Counted from the whole stretch's first letter, positions 37,517 through 52,831 are shown. The stretch is 63,646 nt of DNA, filler included, from Octopus bimaculoides (GCF_001194135.2; 6 parts of 4 records of this genome joined end to end with filler, not necessarily neighbours in it), one strand, 5' to 3'. Program-made: numbers and translations. The notes: generated by a model not told the origin, from the letters alone.

Positions 37517-38588
37517 TGCAGACTAGGCTGGGTGGGAGTGCTTGTCTCCTCCTCGCAAATATAAGGACACAGGAAATGTGTCAAGGCCGAGAGGAAGCGG
37601 TCCAGCTTCCTAGGGCTAAATAACAGCAGTATGATTCCCTTATTGGGACTGTCACATTATGTTGACAGTATACAACTGCTTTATCGTAACACTGCTGCTT
37701 AATTCTCTCTGTGAAATTTATAATTAAATCATTTCTAATTCATATNNNNNNNNNNNNNNNNNNNNNNNNNNNNNNNNNNNNNNNNNNNNNNNNNNNNNNN
37801 NNNNNNNNNNNNNNNNNNNNNNNNNNNNNNNNNNNNNNNNNNNNNNNNNNNNNNNNNNNNNNNNNNNNNNNNNNNNNNNNNNNNNNNNNNNNNNNNNNNN
37901 NNNNNNNNNNNNNNNNNNNNNNNNNNNNNNNNNNNNNNNNNNNNNNNNNNNNNNNNNNNNNNNNNNNNNNNNNNNNNNNNNNNNNNNNNNNNNNNNNNNN
38001 NNNNNNNNNNNNNNNNNNNNNNNNNNNNNGTCCAGCGCAGACGTTGGTGGATGATGAGAGGGGACAGGATCAACTGATGCGACAGGATCAACAGGATTAA
38101 CTGATGTATATATATATATATATATATATACTTATGTACACACACATATATGGTTAGCCACTAGTGACCCGACAGTAAATGAAAATTCCATAGATATTAT
38201 CTTCAATTCTGTTTTGACTCGAATGGAAAAAATGTGTCGCTCAAGGACTTCCGTTTGAACAATTTTCATGATGTTTCATATTTAGATGCTTTTGCCAAAT
38301 TTATTCAGTTGTTAAATATAAATAAATCTTAGAATTGGTTTTGGTTTACTGTCAGGTGACTTTTGGCCAAACATGTATGTATGTATATTTCTATCTATCT
38401 AACACACGCACACACACACACACACACACNNNNNNNNNNNNNNNNNNNNNNNNNNNNNNNNNNNNNNNNNNNNTTAATTAATTAANNNNNNNNNNNNNNN
38501 NNNNNNNNNNNNNNNNNNNNNNNNNNNNNATGATGATAATAATAATGATAATAATAATAATAATAATATTAATAATAATAATAATAAT

Positions 38589-38644
<56 letters not shown>

Positions 38645-38669
38645 TAATAATAATAATAATAATAATAAT

Positions 38670-38726
<57 letters not shown>

Positions 38727-39044
38727 TTTGACTTGGCTGAGGTTCGATCTTTCCAGTAATAAGACCCAACCTCAGTCAAGCCAAAATAATAAACCATTAT
38801 TCAAGGAGCTTTTAAGCGGGATGAACTTCTCGACCTGAAGGAGATTCTTAAAGGGCATCACCTGCAAGGTCACGGGTTTTTTTTTTCATGATATTCGCTC
38901 ACCATGTCACACACATTTAGACGTGATGCATTTGCCTGGAGTCCCTTTACCAGACAAGTAGTCATGATGGGTATATTGGGCTTTGTATATTTCACCTCAG
39001 GGCCACTTTTTTGGCATGCGCTACTCTGTCACTCAGTAGTAGTA

Positions 39045-39148
<104 letters not shown>

Positions 39149-39273
39149 ACTACTACTAATAATAATAATACAGTAAACATAAGAGCACCACAGCAAAACA
39201 CAGCACATACACAAGGCGCACAGAGCTNNNNNNNNNNAAGTGAAAGCACGTTATAAAAATAAAACTACTGAAC

Positions 39274-39418
<145 letters not shown>

Positions 39419-40512
39419 GAATAATAATGATAATAGCTGGATTTACTTTCAGCATAATTATGATCTTCACGTTCGCTTGTTTAAACGATAAAGGGCAACA
39501 TGTCTTTTCAGAAGACCGCATCAATATTCGATTTATTGCCAAATAGTCCATTAGAAAGTGCGTCGTGTTTTGTTCCCTGCAGCACTATTTGCAAGCACCG
39601 TCATCAGCAAAAACGATTTTTATTAATGAATGTTCAGGAGTATGCGAATGGGTTTTTTTTTTCTTCAAATATGTACCCATCTCTGAAGGAATCATGAAAC
39701 CACTGCATAGAAATTAATATTTAGTAGCCAATTGGCAATTCTTCAATAAATGTCGTTGTCTGACAGATTCGCTACAATGGAAAAATTTTGATATTTTGTT
39801 TAAAAGGTTACAATAGAATGCTATACTTCAGACGGTGATCGTACTTTATGAAAGTATTTGTACAGAGAGACATATGCTCTATACAGAGACAATAAATATT
39901 ATAATTGTAAATGTAAACCTTTATACTCTAGGCAGCAATTCGTTAGAGTCAGGTGAAATTTGCTTTGGTATATAAGTTATGAACTCAAACCATCAGGTAA
40001 GCTTTGCATGACATTTCAGTGAGTCGGCAAAATAAATTACCTGAAATATACTGGGATCGAATTAATCACTGAACAGTTACTACTAAAATCTGTGGCCATG
40101 TGCTATCGCTAGGAACAAATATCTTTTAGATTCCAAATATATTTAAATAGTAACGTAGAAATACGTCTTGCTAGGTGTCTGAATACATGCATAGCTTTCG
40201 AAAAACTTTTTCTTTCCAAAATGATATTCAATATCCCAGTATAACTCTTCCTCTTTTCTTCTGTCACGAACAAGATCGACTTAAGATCAATAAACTAATA
40301 TTTTATAGATACACGTACCGTTGAGCGATAGAAATTAGGGTCGATCCAAATACATCGGATGAAGTGTTTTGTATATTTGTATGGGAATATTTTTTTCTTT
40401 TGCTTATCTTAGGCATGGACGCAGCTAAATGTTTATGATATTACTTCTCATATGTGCAGTATTTTATTCAAAATCCCACGATATGTATTGTTTGTAGGAA
40501 TTTCCTAGTTGC

Positions 40513-40571
<59 letters not shown>

Positions 40572-43500
40572 AAACTCTGATGAGGTTGCTTATGTATTTG
40601 TATGTGTCTATACACTGACACANNNNNNNNNNNNNNNNNNNNNNNNNNNNNNNNNNNNNNNNNNNNNNNNNNNNNNNNNNNNNNNNNNNNNNNNNNNNNN
40701 NNNNNNNNNNNNNNNNNNNNNNNNNNNNNNNNNNNNNNNNNNNNNNNNNNNNNNNNNNNNNNNNNNNNNNNNNNNNNNNNNNNNNNNNNNNNNNNNNNNN
40801 NNNNNNNNNNNNNNNNNNNNNNNNNNNNNNNNNNNNNNNNNNNTGTATGTGTGTGTGTGCGCGCGCGCGTGTATGTGCGTGTGCGCGTGCGTGTGTGCGT
40901 CCGTGTGCCACCACGAGTGCATTTGCTCACATGTATCTCACAAAATGATGTTTGTGTATGCGTGTATCTACCTACTTTTGTGTATTGATTATAAGTTTCC
41001 GATTTATTTTCATTTAATATTAATATTCTCTTAAAATACTCTTTTCAATAACTATTCTTTATCGCTGGAATTTTCAGATGTTTTTCATTTGGAATGGTCT
41101 GAGTCGAAGAAATATTGTATTCNNNNNNNNNNCTAGTTCATTGTGTCTTTCATATATATGACGACTAGATATGATGTAAAGGGAAATTAGATTGCAATTT
41201 TCAGCAGGTGAAATGGCCGTGAGTGGGGTCCCTTCGTTATAATCGCTAAATTACGTAACGTATACAATATTTAATTTATATGTATAGACCAGAGCGACTA
41301 TACTTTATTGGTTTATTTCTGTACTGGTTTTAGTCAGATGAACAGATGCCATGGATCGAGGATTTGAAGGATTTTCGTCCATCTTCTCAACTCTAACATC
41401 TATTTTGTGATGTTCCTTATTTCATCGATTCTGATTTTTGGGTGGCTAAAATAATTTTATACACAACAACGATTTTGATAGCGGTATTTATACACAAGTA
41501 ACTAGGTTCTATACAATCAGTTTAAATAAGACCTCATTACACTTTCTGTTTAATAAAAGCATTCAAACGTATAGAAATAATCTGTCCAAATTATGAATTG
41601 ATAAACATTCATCTGAGTAGATCATAGAAATCTATGATTAAAATCAATAGATATATTCAGTAATGCATACAGTGAGCATGATTTTACTTGTTCTGATCGT
41701 TTCACGGTAGCCACGATAGGACAAGGTCTTCAGCTCTTTTATTCGGTCACATCGACCCTGTACGTATTTCTTTCAGTCCTTATGTAATCGTTCTAAATTT
41801 GACAATCAGATAATTTTCTGAAGAGAAAACAGTAAATTTAAAGTTGATATACATAAACTCAAACAGACGATCATGCGGACATACACAAATGATGAGTATA
41901 TATGAAGCATTTCCACAAAGTTTCCATCATTCACATTCCAATCTAAAGAAGACTATGCTAGAATAGATTTGCCAAAAAGTAGGCAAATTTAGAAAACACG
42001 TATTTGATACGGAATCCTATTAAATGCATGTTGAATTTAAAATGGCAAGCCTGTAATTTCAAGATAAGTTGCCATATTACTGTGCAATGCAGATATTAAC
42101 TAGATTGTTTGCTCAGCAAAGAAAACATAATTTAGCTTCCATTTGCAAATGGTAGGGAATAATACTTCTAAAGAAGTATTTCAACGTTCCTGATGTTTTG
42201 CTATGTGAAAATGAGACATTACAGACGATAAATAAAATGTTTTAATATTGCTTTCCACGAGAAAGTTCGATATTTATCTATCGTTAGTGAAATATTTCAT
42301 TCAGTTCAGAAGGGATACAAGTTGCTTATCGATCACTTTGCTTTTAATAAGCAAAAAAATCCTATAGCCAATGAGGAACTGCTTGCACTTCTCAAATGAA
42401 CTAATTTCCTGTGTCTCTTTAGTCATGAATCTTGAACGGATATCATCAATTGTTTCCACGCTAGCAGAAATGTTATTGTGAAGAAAGATTTCTCATTTAT
42501 TTCTTGAATCTCTTTTTACTCTAAGGATTTCTCTTCATTTGCGAAACCCATCATCTATGGTATGCAACAATTTCAGCAGGGACCAATCGATTTGTCTAAC
42601 ACAAACTATTCACTTATGAATGGGTGGACTCCGTGTATTCACATACAATGTGCCATATAAAACTGTCTTCGTTTCTAGCTTCAGATAATGGAATCAGTGT
42701 CAAAGTCGACTGAACTAATTTGCCCTATTGACTCCTGAATATCTCACCTTCGCTATAAATACATTTTCTTTCTTCGCCTCTATTTTCACCTAATCCTATC
42801 AAAAGTATGTTAATCTTTCTTCAACCATAATCGAAGAATACTTTATTTATTACTAGGTACTAATTCATTCTATATTTCATTTATAAAAAGAAATAACGTC
42901 CCTTAATTTACTGGTTTTTAAAATCTTTATGTATGTATTATAGTTCAAATGTTGTATGAGATTTTAAAACAGTAATTAAATGAATAGCATCGTTTTATTA
43001 ATATGAATTAAAACCAAATATGCATATATATTCAGACGGTACGATAAAAGTATAACTTATAACTTACTATGAGTAAGAAACCAAGTTCATATACACACTA
43101 TACGCCGTTGCCAGATTAATGTGAAGTAAATCATGGAAATTCAGTTTTGTCTGTTAGATTTATATGTTAACATTCACAAGAGGATTTTTGTTTATGACTG
43201 TTGTATCTTGTCTGTGTATACATATTAACATTATGTTCTATCATTAGCAATATATTTAAATAGTTGTGTACAGTATACAAGTATTGTCAACCTGTGTATT
43301 CTCGAAATAGTTTTGTTTTGCGTTAAATGAATGCACTACACTGCATATCAAAATCTAGTTAAATGCACCTTTGTTACATCCTCTTCCATTGCTTTGAATA
43401 TACTTCTGTACTCTTATTCTTTTCAATCCAGCGCATATCATATGAATGTATATTATGAAGAATGCCACTCTTAGAATTATCATATTTTTATATTCTTAAT

Positions 43501-44520
43501 TATATTTCTTTTATATATATCTCTTCTTTCATCCATGAATGAATAAAAGTAGCACTCATTACTTTTGGTAGGAATTACAAAGCATACTTTATAACATTTT
43601 GACTCAGCTCCAAATGACTTACAAGATTTTTGAGTAGACAGGGCACGCCCATCTGACTGGGTGTTCCAACATATACATATACACACAAACATACACGTGT
43701 GAATGTGTGTGTGTGTGCGCATATATGTATATATATATATATATATATACATACACACCCAAACACGCACGCACACACACATACACACAAACATACACAC
43801 ACNNNNNNNNNNNNNNNNNNNNNNNNNNNNNNNNNNNNNNNNNNNNNNNNNNNNNNNNNNNNNNNNNNNNNNNNNNNNNNNNNNNNNNNNNNNNNNNNNN
43901 NNNNNNNNNNNNNNNNNNNNNNNNNNNNNNNNNNNNNNNNNNNNNNNNNNNNNNNNNNNNNNNNNNNNNNNNNNNNNNNNNNNNNNNNNNNNNNNNNNNN
44001 NNNNNNNNNNNNNNNNNNNNNNNNNNNNNNNNNNNNNNNNNNNNNNNNNNNNNNNNNNNNNNNNNNNNNNNNNNNNNNNNNNNNNNNNNNNNNNNNNNNN
44101 NNNNNNNNNNNNNNNNNNNNNNNNNNNNNNNNNNNNNNNNNNNNNNNNNNNNNNNNNNNNNNNNNNNNNNNNNNNNNNNNNNNNNNNNNNNNNNNNNNNN
44201 NNNNNNNNNNNNNNNNNNNNNNNNNNNNNNNNNNNNNNNNNNNNNNNNNNNNNNNNNNNNNNNNNNNNNNNNNNNNNNNNNNNNNNNNNNNNNNNNNNNN
44301 NNNNNNNNNNNNNNNNNNNNNNNNNNNNNNNNNNNNNNNNNNNNNNNNNNNNNNNNNNNNNNNNNNNNNNNNNNNNNNNNNNNNNNNNNNNNNNNNNNNN
44401 NNNNNNNNNNNNNNNNNNNNNNNNNNNNNNNNNNNNNNNNNNNNNNNNNNNNNNNNNNNNNNNNNNNNNNNNNNNNNNNNNNNNNNNNNNNNNNNNNNNN
44501 NNNNNNNNNNNNNNNNNNNN

Positions 44521-44604
<84 letters not shown>

Positions 44605-44605
44605 G

Positions 44606-44637
<32 letters not shown>

Positions 44638-46341
44638 TGTGTGTACGTATGAGCACATATACATATGTATACGTGTGTCTTGGTGTATGAGAGTTGTTGA
44701 TATGTGCACGCATGTGACTCATGTGTCTGTTTCTTGTGTTTAAACGTTATTCTTTGTGTGTGAGAAACATTCATTATCAGGTTATTTCCTGTTAACAAAG
44801 TTGTATGCTCCTGAGTATTGATTTTAATATGTAATAACATGCTAGTATTAAGATGTTAAACTTTTGATTATTGTACCTTCATATTATGCATTGCGCTATC
44901 TCATAGTGTCTGTTTTGTATTTAATTGATATTTGGATCAGAGACATATCATTAGATTAGTCTCTATTCTAAATCATAATTTCACGTCCTCTTACCTGTAG
45001 ATATGTTTATTTATATAATGAATTTCTCTGATGTATTGTATTCTTTGTCGAGAAAGATGATGTGACCAACCGGCTTTAGCATCTATGACTTTCAAGTGTT
45101 GAACTGTTTCTTCCTGATGAACGGATAAATTGTTTGTTAAGATTTACAAACATGATTATCCTTGAGGTAAAATGTCAATAAACATCCATTCGTGCAATTT
45201 ATAAACTAACTACTGATGCTGTTTACCTCATAAATTACATGAGTGTATATATGATTGTCACTGTACGTGTATGTTTGCCAGCAAGAAATATTAGTCAAAT
45301 CACCTCCAAATTACACTCTACTCTCTTTAAAATAGAGGAAACCTTATGCAATGTAGATCACATCTCGAAAAAGATATCGGAATTGTTAAATCTGAAATGC
45401 CTCGAAAATGGGTTTATCTCTATGGTTTGATCTGTGACTGAACAACAACAACAACAACAACAACAACACCTTTCATACAACACCTTTCATTAAATTATGA
45501 ATGTACTTTGAACTGGATGTTTCAGATTAAGTTACTTCAAAGTGAGCAGCACATTTTCTCATTTAAACACTTTTAGTCATCAATGGTATCATCTTTCAGA
45601 CACTTAAACCATACTTCCAGGTGCTACGGGAGAGTATAGACAATTTAAGCGCATGATGTATAAAGATAAAACTAACTAAAACAGGGTTTGATAAGTTTGC
45701 AGCCGAACTACTCGCATAGCTTTATAGTCATATGACGATTATCAAATATTTAAAATGGGACGTATTTTCCGTGATGCGTTTCCATATTGAGTAGTCTAGA
45801 CAGTAATATATATGTATGTGTGTATATATATATATATATATATTAATATTTCTAAGTCTCTCTAAATGCGACTACGGCAGCGGTACTGGAAATTAATAGT
45901 TATCGCCAAGCCAACATGGAAGTCCCAGAAACGGTAGCATTCGTCCTATTTTGGGGACTGCCATGTTGGCTTGGCGATAACTANNNNNNNNNNNNNNNNN
46001 NNNNNNNNNNNNNNNNNNNNNNNNNNNNNNNNNNNNNNNNNNNNNNNNNNNNNNNNNNNNNNNNNNNNNNNNNNNNNNNNNNNNNNNNNNNNNNNNNNNN
46101 NNNNNNNNNNNNNNNNNNNNNNNNNNNNNNNNNNNNNNNNNNNNNNNNNNNNNNNNNNNNNNNNNNNNNNNNNNNNNNNNNNNNNNNNNNNNNNNNNNNN
46201 NNNNNNNNNNNNNNNNNNNNNNNNNNNNNNNNNNNNNNNNNNNNNNNNNNNNNNNNNNNNNNNNNNNNNNNNNNNNNNNNNNNNNNNNNNNNNNNNNNNN
46301 NNNNNNNNNNNNNNNNNNNNNNNNNNNNNNNNNNNNNNNNN

Positions 46342-46391
<50 letters not shown>

Positions 46392-47544
46392 CTAATATCG
46401 AAGAGTGTTCAACACCGCATTGATGGATAAATATTGTCTATTTTGGATTTAAGAAGTCTTACTAACTCAGAAGCCTTTAAGAAGCCGTACTAACTCAGAT
46501 ATAAACTGATATATTTCAGACTTAGTACAGACTAAACATACACAGTGTATATAGTATTTTTACCAAACGGAGAATATGTTACAAAACAATTACATAAATA
46601 TAATGCATCTATTAACTTTAAATATTGTAGAGGAAAGGAAACTAGATTCAGATTGGACTCCTACTTCAGCTAGCAGCAATTGAAATGTTTGCATTAATAA
46701 AACGGAAGCAATTAATCTATTGCATATGTCTTGAAGAATATATAGATATAAACCCATTATGGACTGCAATAGTGTTACTCATGTCTCTTAATGTGATAAA
46801 TGTAATGAAACAAGAGTTAGACATCACCATATTCAACACTATGTGAATTTCGTTATCGTCAAATTCCAAGCATTTTAATAAGTTGAGTAGTTCAAAGCAA
46901 GTCTAACTAAATGGTTTTTCTAACTAAGACTATAGAATGTGTTTGATCTTTTAGAATTCAGGTAAAATGCAACATGCCACCAGTTTAAAGTGTATCTTCT
47001 CTATGTGTAACAATGTAGACATTGGTTTCCTCTGTGTTAACACGTTTGATACCAGAAATATTGGATTTTTTAAAGATCTTGAAAGAGTTATATCTTCGAA
47101 TTTTCACGTTTCACTCAATATGGGATTCATAGAATATATTGAATATTTTTTTTTTTTCATAATAGTTTAGAATAGCGTTGCTGATATATTTTTCCTGTAA
47201 ATGTACAAATGGAAAATATTGACTTCTGTAGAAATACACCAATAGAAATGAATAAATACATGTATACATATGCATACATACACATGTACATACACGCTTC
47301 GAAGGCGATGCGTTTGGAATCGAAGTGCAGGAGATCCTACAAAATACCTAATAAACAAGACACTGTAAAACGCTTTGAGCACTGAGATTCAACCGAAAAT
47401 GTCGATTATGTCAAAATTCTGTAGAAGACGTTACACATAATTTTAGTAGCTGCCCAAAATGCCGTCAATATACAAGTTCCCAGTGCCACATTACGTTATA
47501 GCTTAAGAGGTATATCAGTGCTATTCCAAGAAAATGACCCTCAT

Positions 47545-47975
47545 AGGACAAAGATAGAGAATCACTTTGTTATTGAATATATACGTAAACATAAAGAATT
47601 TTGGTGAAATATTCACAGCAAAACCTATTCTAAACGTAATAGGCCGAATACAATTGTTTGAGACGGACAAGGAAATGTGTGTAGCATTATAGAGGTTAGC
47701 TGTCCTGCTGATGTGAATATCTCTTCCAAAAGAAAAGAGGATGAGGATAACTACGGACAACTACTTCGAAGCTTTCAGCTTCCGTACCGAGATTATAGTT
47801 TCATATTTGTACGATAATAATTGATGCAGATTGTTTCTTTAGTAAATGCCTTTCTGACAATCTTCAAAGTCTAGCTTTGTCAGAAAAAGAAGTCAACCAG
47901 CTAGCATAGAAATTAAAAATACAATCTATAAGTTGAGGAGTGAAAAATATACAAAAAATTCTCAACTTCGAAACA
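47545..47975 (+). mobile_element. 3' remnant of an RLE-type non-LTR retrotransposon
   Basis: EFW*NI...NRPNTIV*D...CSIIEVSCPADVNISSKRKEDEDNYGQLLR matches the PD-(D/E)xK restriction-like endonuclease region; contains stops. Confidence 0.7.
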
Positions 47976-48079
47976 TTATTTTTCTTATCGATATTCGAAC
48001 GATGGAGCTCTGCATCTTTGCTATAGTCCAGCTCCTTCCTTAGGGGAATACGTCATATATTAAAAAAAAATATTAGGAA

Positions 48080-48111
<32 letters not shown>

Positions 48112-48147
48112 TATGTACAAGTACAGAAAAATATATGCAAATACATA

Positions 48148-48552
48148 GGCGCGGGGGTGACCGTGTGTTAAAAAGCTTGCTTCCCAACCTCATGCTTCTG
48201 AATTCGGTGCCACTGCTGGGCACCTTGCGGAACTGTCTACTACTATGTCTTCGGGACTACCAAATCCTTGTGATTGGATTTTGTAGCCGGAAGCTGAAAG
48301 GAGCATATGTGTGAGTCTTTTTTTTGTGTGTGTCTTTCTGCTTGAGTTTGTTCCAGCCATCACCGCTTGACAAACGTCTTGGTGTGTTTACGTCCCATAA
48401 CTTAGCAGTTCCACAAAAACTGACAGATAGAATAAGTACTGGCTTTCAGAGAGCAAGGCCTCGAGTCGGTTTGTTCGCCCCAAACCCTATGAGGAGGTGT
48501 TCCAGCGTGACCGCAGTCAAATGACTTCATGAAGTAAAAGAAGAAAAGAATA
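48148..48552 (+). mobile_element. ~400-bp tRNA-headed SINE (family D)
   Basis: GGCGC...CCAAC head, GTGTTTACGTCCC..AACTTAGC body, CCGCAGTCAAATGACT...GTAAAAGA end; shared with copies at 50317 and 58978. Confidence 0.8.
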
Positions 48553-50316
48553 CACACACATATACACATTTATGTGTATGTGTATGTTTTTAGAAGTGTT
48601 TCATCACATGGTCATTTGTCCAAGCTTGTATAAATGCTTCCAGCTATGCATTCTACGTAAACGAGCAGAAGACTAACTGTGTTAATCATTTGGTAACGGG
48701 AAATCCCAACTTGGCACACCTGATAACGATACTCTCCTTTCAAAGATGCGAAACCTTATTCACGGAGTAAAGAATGTCATAAGTTATGTATATGATGCTC
48801 TAGATGGAATAAAGAATAAAAAGAGCAATGCAAAAAATGCATTCAGATGCCGAATTCGTATGAAATAATCAACAATATATCCTGCAAATTTCACGTTCTT
48901 TTCCACCTTCATGTACCTGGAACTCATATGACATCTATCATTACATAATATTAACACAAACCTTGTCAGTGAAATTCACTAACAGAAACTGTGGGAATAC
49001 ACCTCGCAAGCACATTCGGTTTTAGTGAGCCCGATCTCCCTGTTCTGGCTTCTCACTGAAAGATTCAGTCTGTCACCCGTTTAGCACCATCGCCTGGTTT
49101 GTGGGTTCTTTCTTACTATATGCTCTGTAATTATCATTCGTTGCAGTTCTGTAACGGGATATATATGTCTTACTTCTTGAAAACCTGTCTTTGAAGCCCA
49201 CTATATTGTCTTGGTGCTGACTCTCTTTATCTGGGTAACGATATAATGAAAACGAAATAGAGATTAGTATCAAATGATACATAAAGGCTTCCCCCAGAAC
49301 CTAACAACATAGCAAGCTGTCTGTGAAACATGTAAATGATACTTCGACTCATTTTTCTATAGAACTTTAACCCAAACAATAGAAAATGACAACACATTAA
49401 TGACGAGAAATCTTCATTACTTCGGTCTTTCCTGGAAAATAATAAGCAAAATTGAAAACCACGATATATGGCATAGATCATGCAATTATGCATTATATAA
49501 TTAATCCATTGCCGTGATTAAAACAACTGAAACTCAAAATATATCTCACTGTCTAGAAGCATAGTGTGTAAGAGGAGGGCACAATACTGTTTCATTGAAA
49601 TCTTGAACACAGATTTAATTCTTAAGATCATGCATAGAGTTTCTTTAACAGCAACCGCACAAAACAGTAAGGTAGCTTATGCGTTATGCTTTAATCGTAA
49701 ATGCGAGTTATAAAGGGAGATATAGGCCGCAGTATTGCATGGTATAGACTATAACGACTGACACAACAAATGGCCTCCACTTTACACCCCCACACGTAAA
49801 TGCATGTGTTTTTAACACACACACACACACACACTGTATTTTTGAATTACATTTTAACTCGTTACACGAGTTGCTCGCTACTGCGAGCCTCCAGAGAGAA
49901 TGGCTGCAACTATGACTACTCGTATTAAACTCGCAGCAGCATTAAATTCTAGTCGGGAGATACAATAAATGTATATTCGCTGACAATGAGTTATATGACC
50001 TTCAATGTATACCGAGTATTTCTTTCACTCGTGCGATAAATGTACGGTATTTCTGCGCATATATAATCCCAAGATTTCGAGGTAAATTCAAAATTATTTC
50101 AAGAAGCCCCAGTCATTGTTGCCCGGCCGCAACATAGTGAGTACCACTATTGTACTTTGTTGTCCTCTTATAAAGTACACTGGAAGTATATTTAACAGTT
50201 TTGAGCGTTTTAAAATTATTTGAATACATATTGTACGACATAGTCACTTCAACGTTTGGTCAGATATCAAGTCGTTTGCTATACAAATTCAACCCTTCAA
50301 TGTGTGTATATGTATA

Positions 50317-50686
50317 CGCAAGAGTGGCTGCATGGTTCCGGGTTCAGTGACACTGGGTGGCAACTTGGGCAAGTGTCTTCTACTATAGCCTCGGGCCGAC
50401 CAAAGCATTCAGCATGCATTTGGTAGACAGAAACTGAAAGTAGCCTGTCGTATATATGTGTGTCTGTGTATGTGTGTGTCCTTGTGTTTCTGTTTGTCCC
50501 CATCGCCGTTTCACAACCGGTGTTGGTGTGTTTACATCCCCGTAACTTATCGGTTCAGGCAAGACAGATTTATTGCGTAAGTACCTGGCTTTAGAAATCA
50601 AGTACTGGGAGTCGATTCATTGGACTAAAAATTCAAGGTGAGTCTTTAGCATGGCCGCAGTCCAATGACTGTAGGAAGTAAAAGAT
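50317..50686 (+). mobile_element. SINE family D
   Basis: CATGGTTCCGGGTTCAG...GGGCAAGTGTCTTCTACTATAGCCTCGGGCCGACC...GCATGGCCGCAGTC. Confidence 0.8.
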
Positions 50687-50739
50687 ATAACATATGTGTG
50701 CGCATGCATATTGCGGTAATTTACCTGCACACACACACA

Positions 50740-50797
<58 letters not shown>

Positions 50798-52831
50798 NNN
50801 NNNNNNNNNNNNNNNNNNNNNNNNNNNNNNNNNNNNNNNNNNNNNNNNNNNNNNNNNNNNNNNNNNNNNNNNNNNNNNNNNNNNNNNNNNNNNNNNNNNN
50901 NNNNNNNNNNNNNNNNNNNNNNNNNNNNNNNNNNNNNNNNNNNNNNNNNNNNNNNNNNNNNNNNNNNNNNNNNNNNNNNNNNNNNNNNNNNNNNNNNNNN
51001 NNNNNNNNNNNNNNNNNNNNNNNNNNNNNNNNNNNNNNNNNNNNNNNNNNNNNNNNNNNNNNNNNNNNNNNNNNNNNNNNNNNNNNNNNNNNNNNNNNNN
51101 NNNNNNNNNNNNNNNNNNNNNNNNNNNNNNNNNNNNNNNNNNNNNNNNNNNNNNNNNNNNNNNNNNNNNNNNNNNNNNNNNNNNNNNNNNNNNNNNNNNN
51201 NNNNNNNNNNNNNNNNNNNNNNNNNNNNNNNNNNNNNNNNNNNNNNNNNNNNNNNNNNNNNNNNNNNNNNNNNNNNNNNNNNNNNNNNNNNNNNNNNNNN
51301 NNNNNNNNNNNNNNNNNNNNNNNNNNNNNNNNNNNNNNNNNNNNNNNNNNNNNNNNNNNNNNNNNNNNNNNNNNNNNNNNNNNNNNNNNNNNNNNNNNNN
51401 NNNNNNNNNNNNNNNNNNNNNNNNNNNNNNNNNNNNNNNNNNNNNNNNNNNNNNNNNNNNNNNNNNNNNNNNNNNNNNNNNNNNNNNNNNNNNNNNNNNN
51501 NNNNNNNNNNNNNNNNNNNNNNNNNNNNNNNNNNNNNNNNNNNNNNNNNNNNNNNNNNNNNNNNNNNNNNNNNNNNNNNNNNNNNNNNNNNNNNNNNNNN
51601 NNNNNNNNNNNNNNNNNNNNNNNNNNNNNNNNNNNNNNNNNNNNNNNNNNNNNNNNNNNNNNNNNNNNNNNNNNNNNNNNNNNNNNNNNNNNNNNNNNNN
51701 NNNNNNNNNNNNNNNNNNNNNNATATATATATATATATATAAGGAAATAATTTTATTCTGAAACGCAGGATAATGCTAATAATATAGCATGAACAGGATA
51801 AACTACCCAGGAAAAAAGTCGGAAGCTCCAACTAGAATGCTGCAGCTGCGAAATAGTTTCAAGTACTAAATGGTTAAGTTGTTAAGTGGATAAATAAGTA
51901 TAATGACTAGAAATAGTATGTCCACTCTAAAGGTTAGTGTATTGAATGCAAACTCGTACTGAATTGCATTACCCGATTCTGGGTGAAGAAGAATAACGCT
52001 CACATTTTGAACAACTGGATAATCGAATAATCCAACTATTGCATACAACAACAAAAGGAAAGGATCCATGAAAGTCTTTAAGAAACAAAATTAGTGCTCC
52101 ACAAACACACGTAATCAAAATGTAGATGATAATAAAGAAATGCAGAAACTACAGCAAAATAATTCAACAAATCGGTTGATCCGATAGAATGCAAAGTATG
52201 AAAATGTGTGAAAGGGAGATAAGTAAGCCATAGTTTGCCGCAGTACAAACGTATTCTTTTTATTCAAAGATCTTGTTTCGTATAGAAAAGGAATTAGTTT
52301 GGTGCTTATAGAAATAAATAAATAGCTATGCTTCGACTGTGGCTGTTATTAATGATGTGTTGTATGGAACAAGTTCCATTAGAAATATTAATCCAAACGA
52401 TTATGATGCATCCTCAAAAAAAAAAAAAAAGAAAATGAAGCTTCAACACGAAATTAACAATGAAAGGTTTAAAGGCAATTCAGAATATTTCCTATGCGAA
52501 TAAGAAAGCTTAAAATATCAATTCATAACAAATCGTCATTTTAATTAATAGAAATAGATCCTGAAGCAGTTTAATGCATTTTTTTTTTCACAGATCTTTA
52601 TTGCATTTAGTAGATTACAACTGGTGTTATAAGTTGGAATACAGCTGTATTATTCGGTTCTATTAATGATATGTATTAACACGACTCCACGAAAGTATTA
52701 TATTACACATGCACACACACACATTTGAGATAGCACAACAATAAGCAAATGTTTACAATTCTCAGTGAATTTTTCTGTCAAAATATCAACATTTATATAT
52801 ATATATATATATATATATATNNNNNNNNNNN

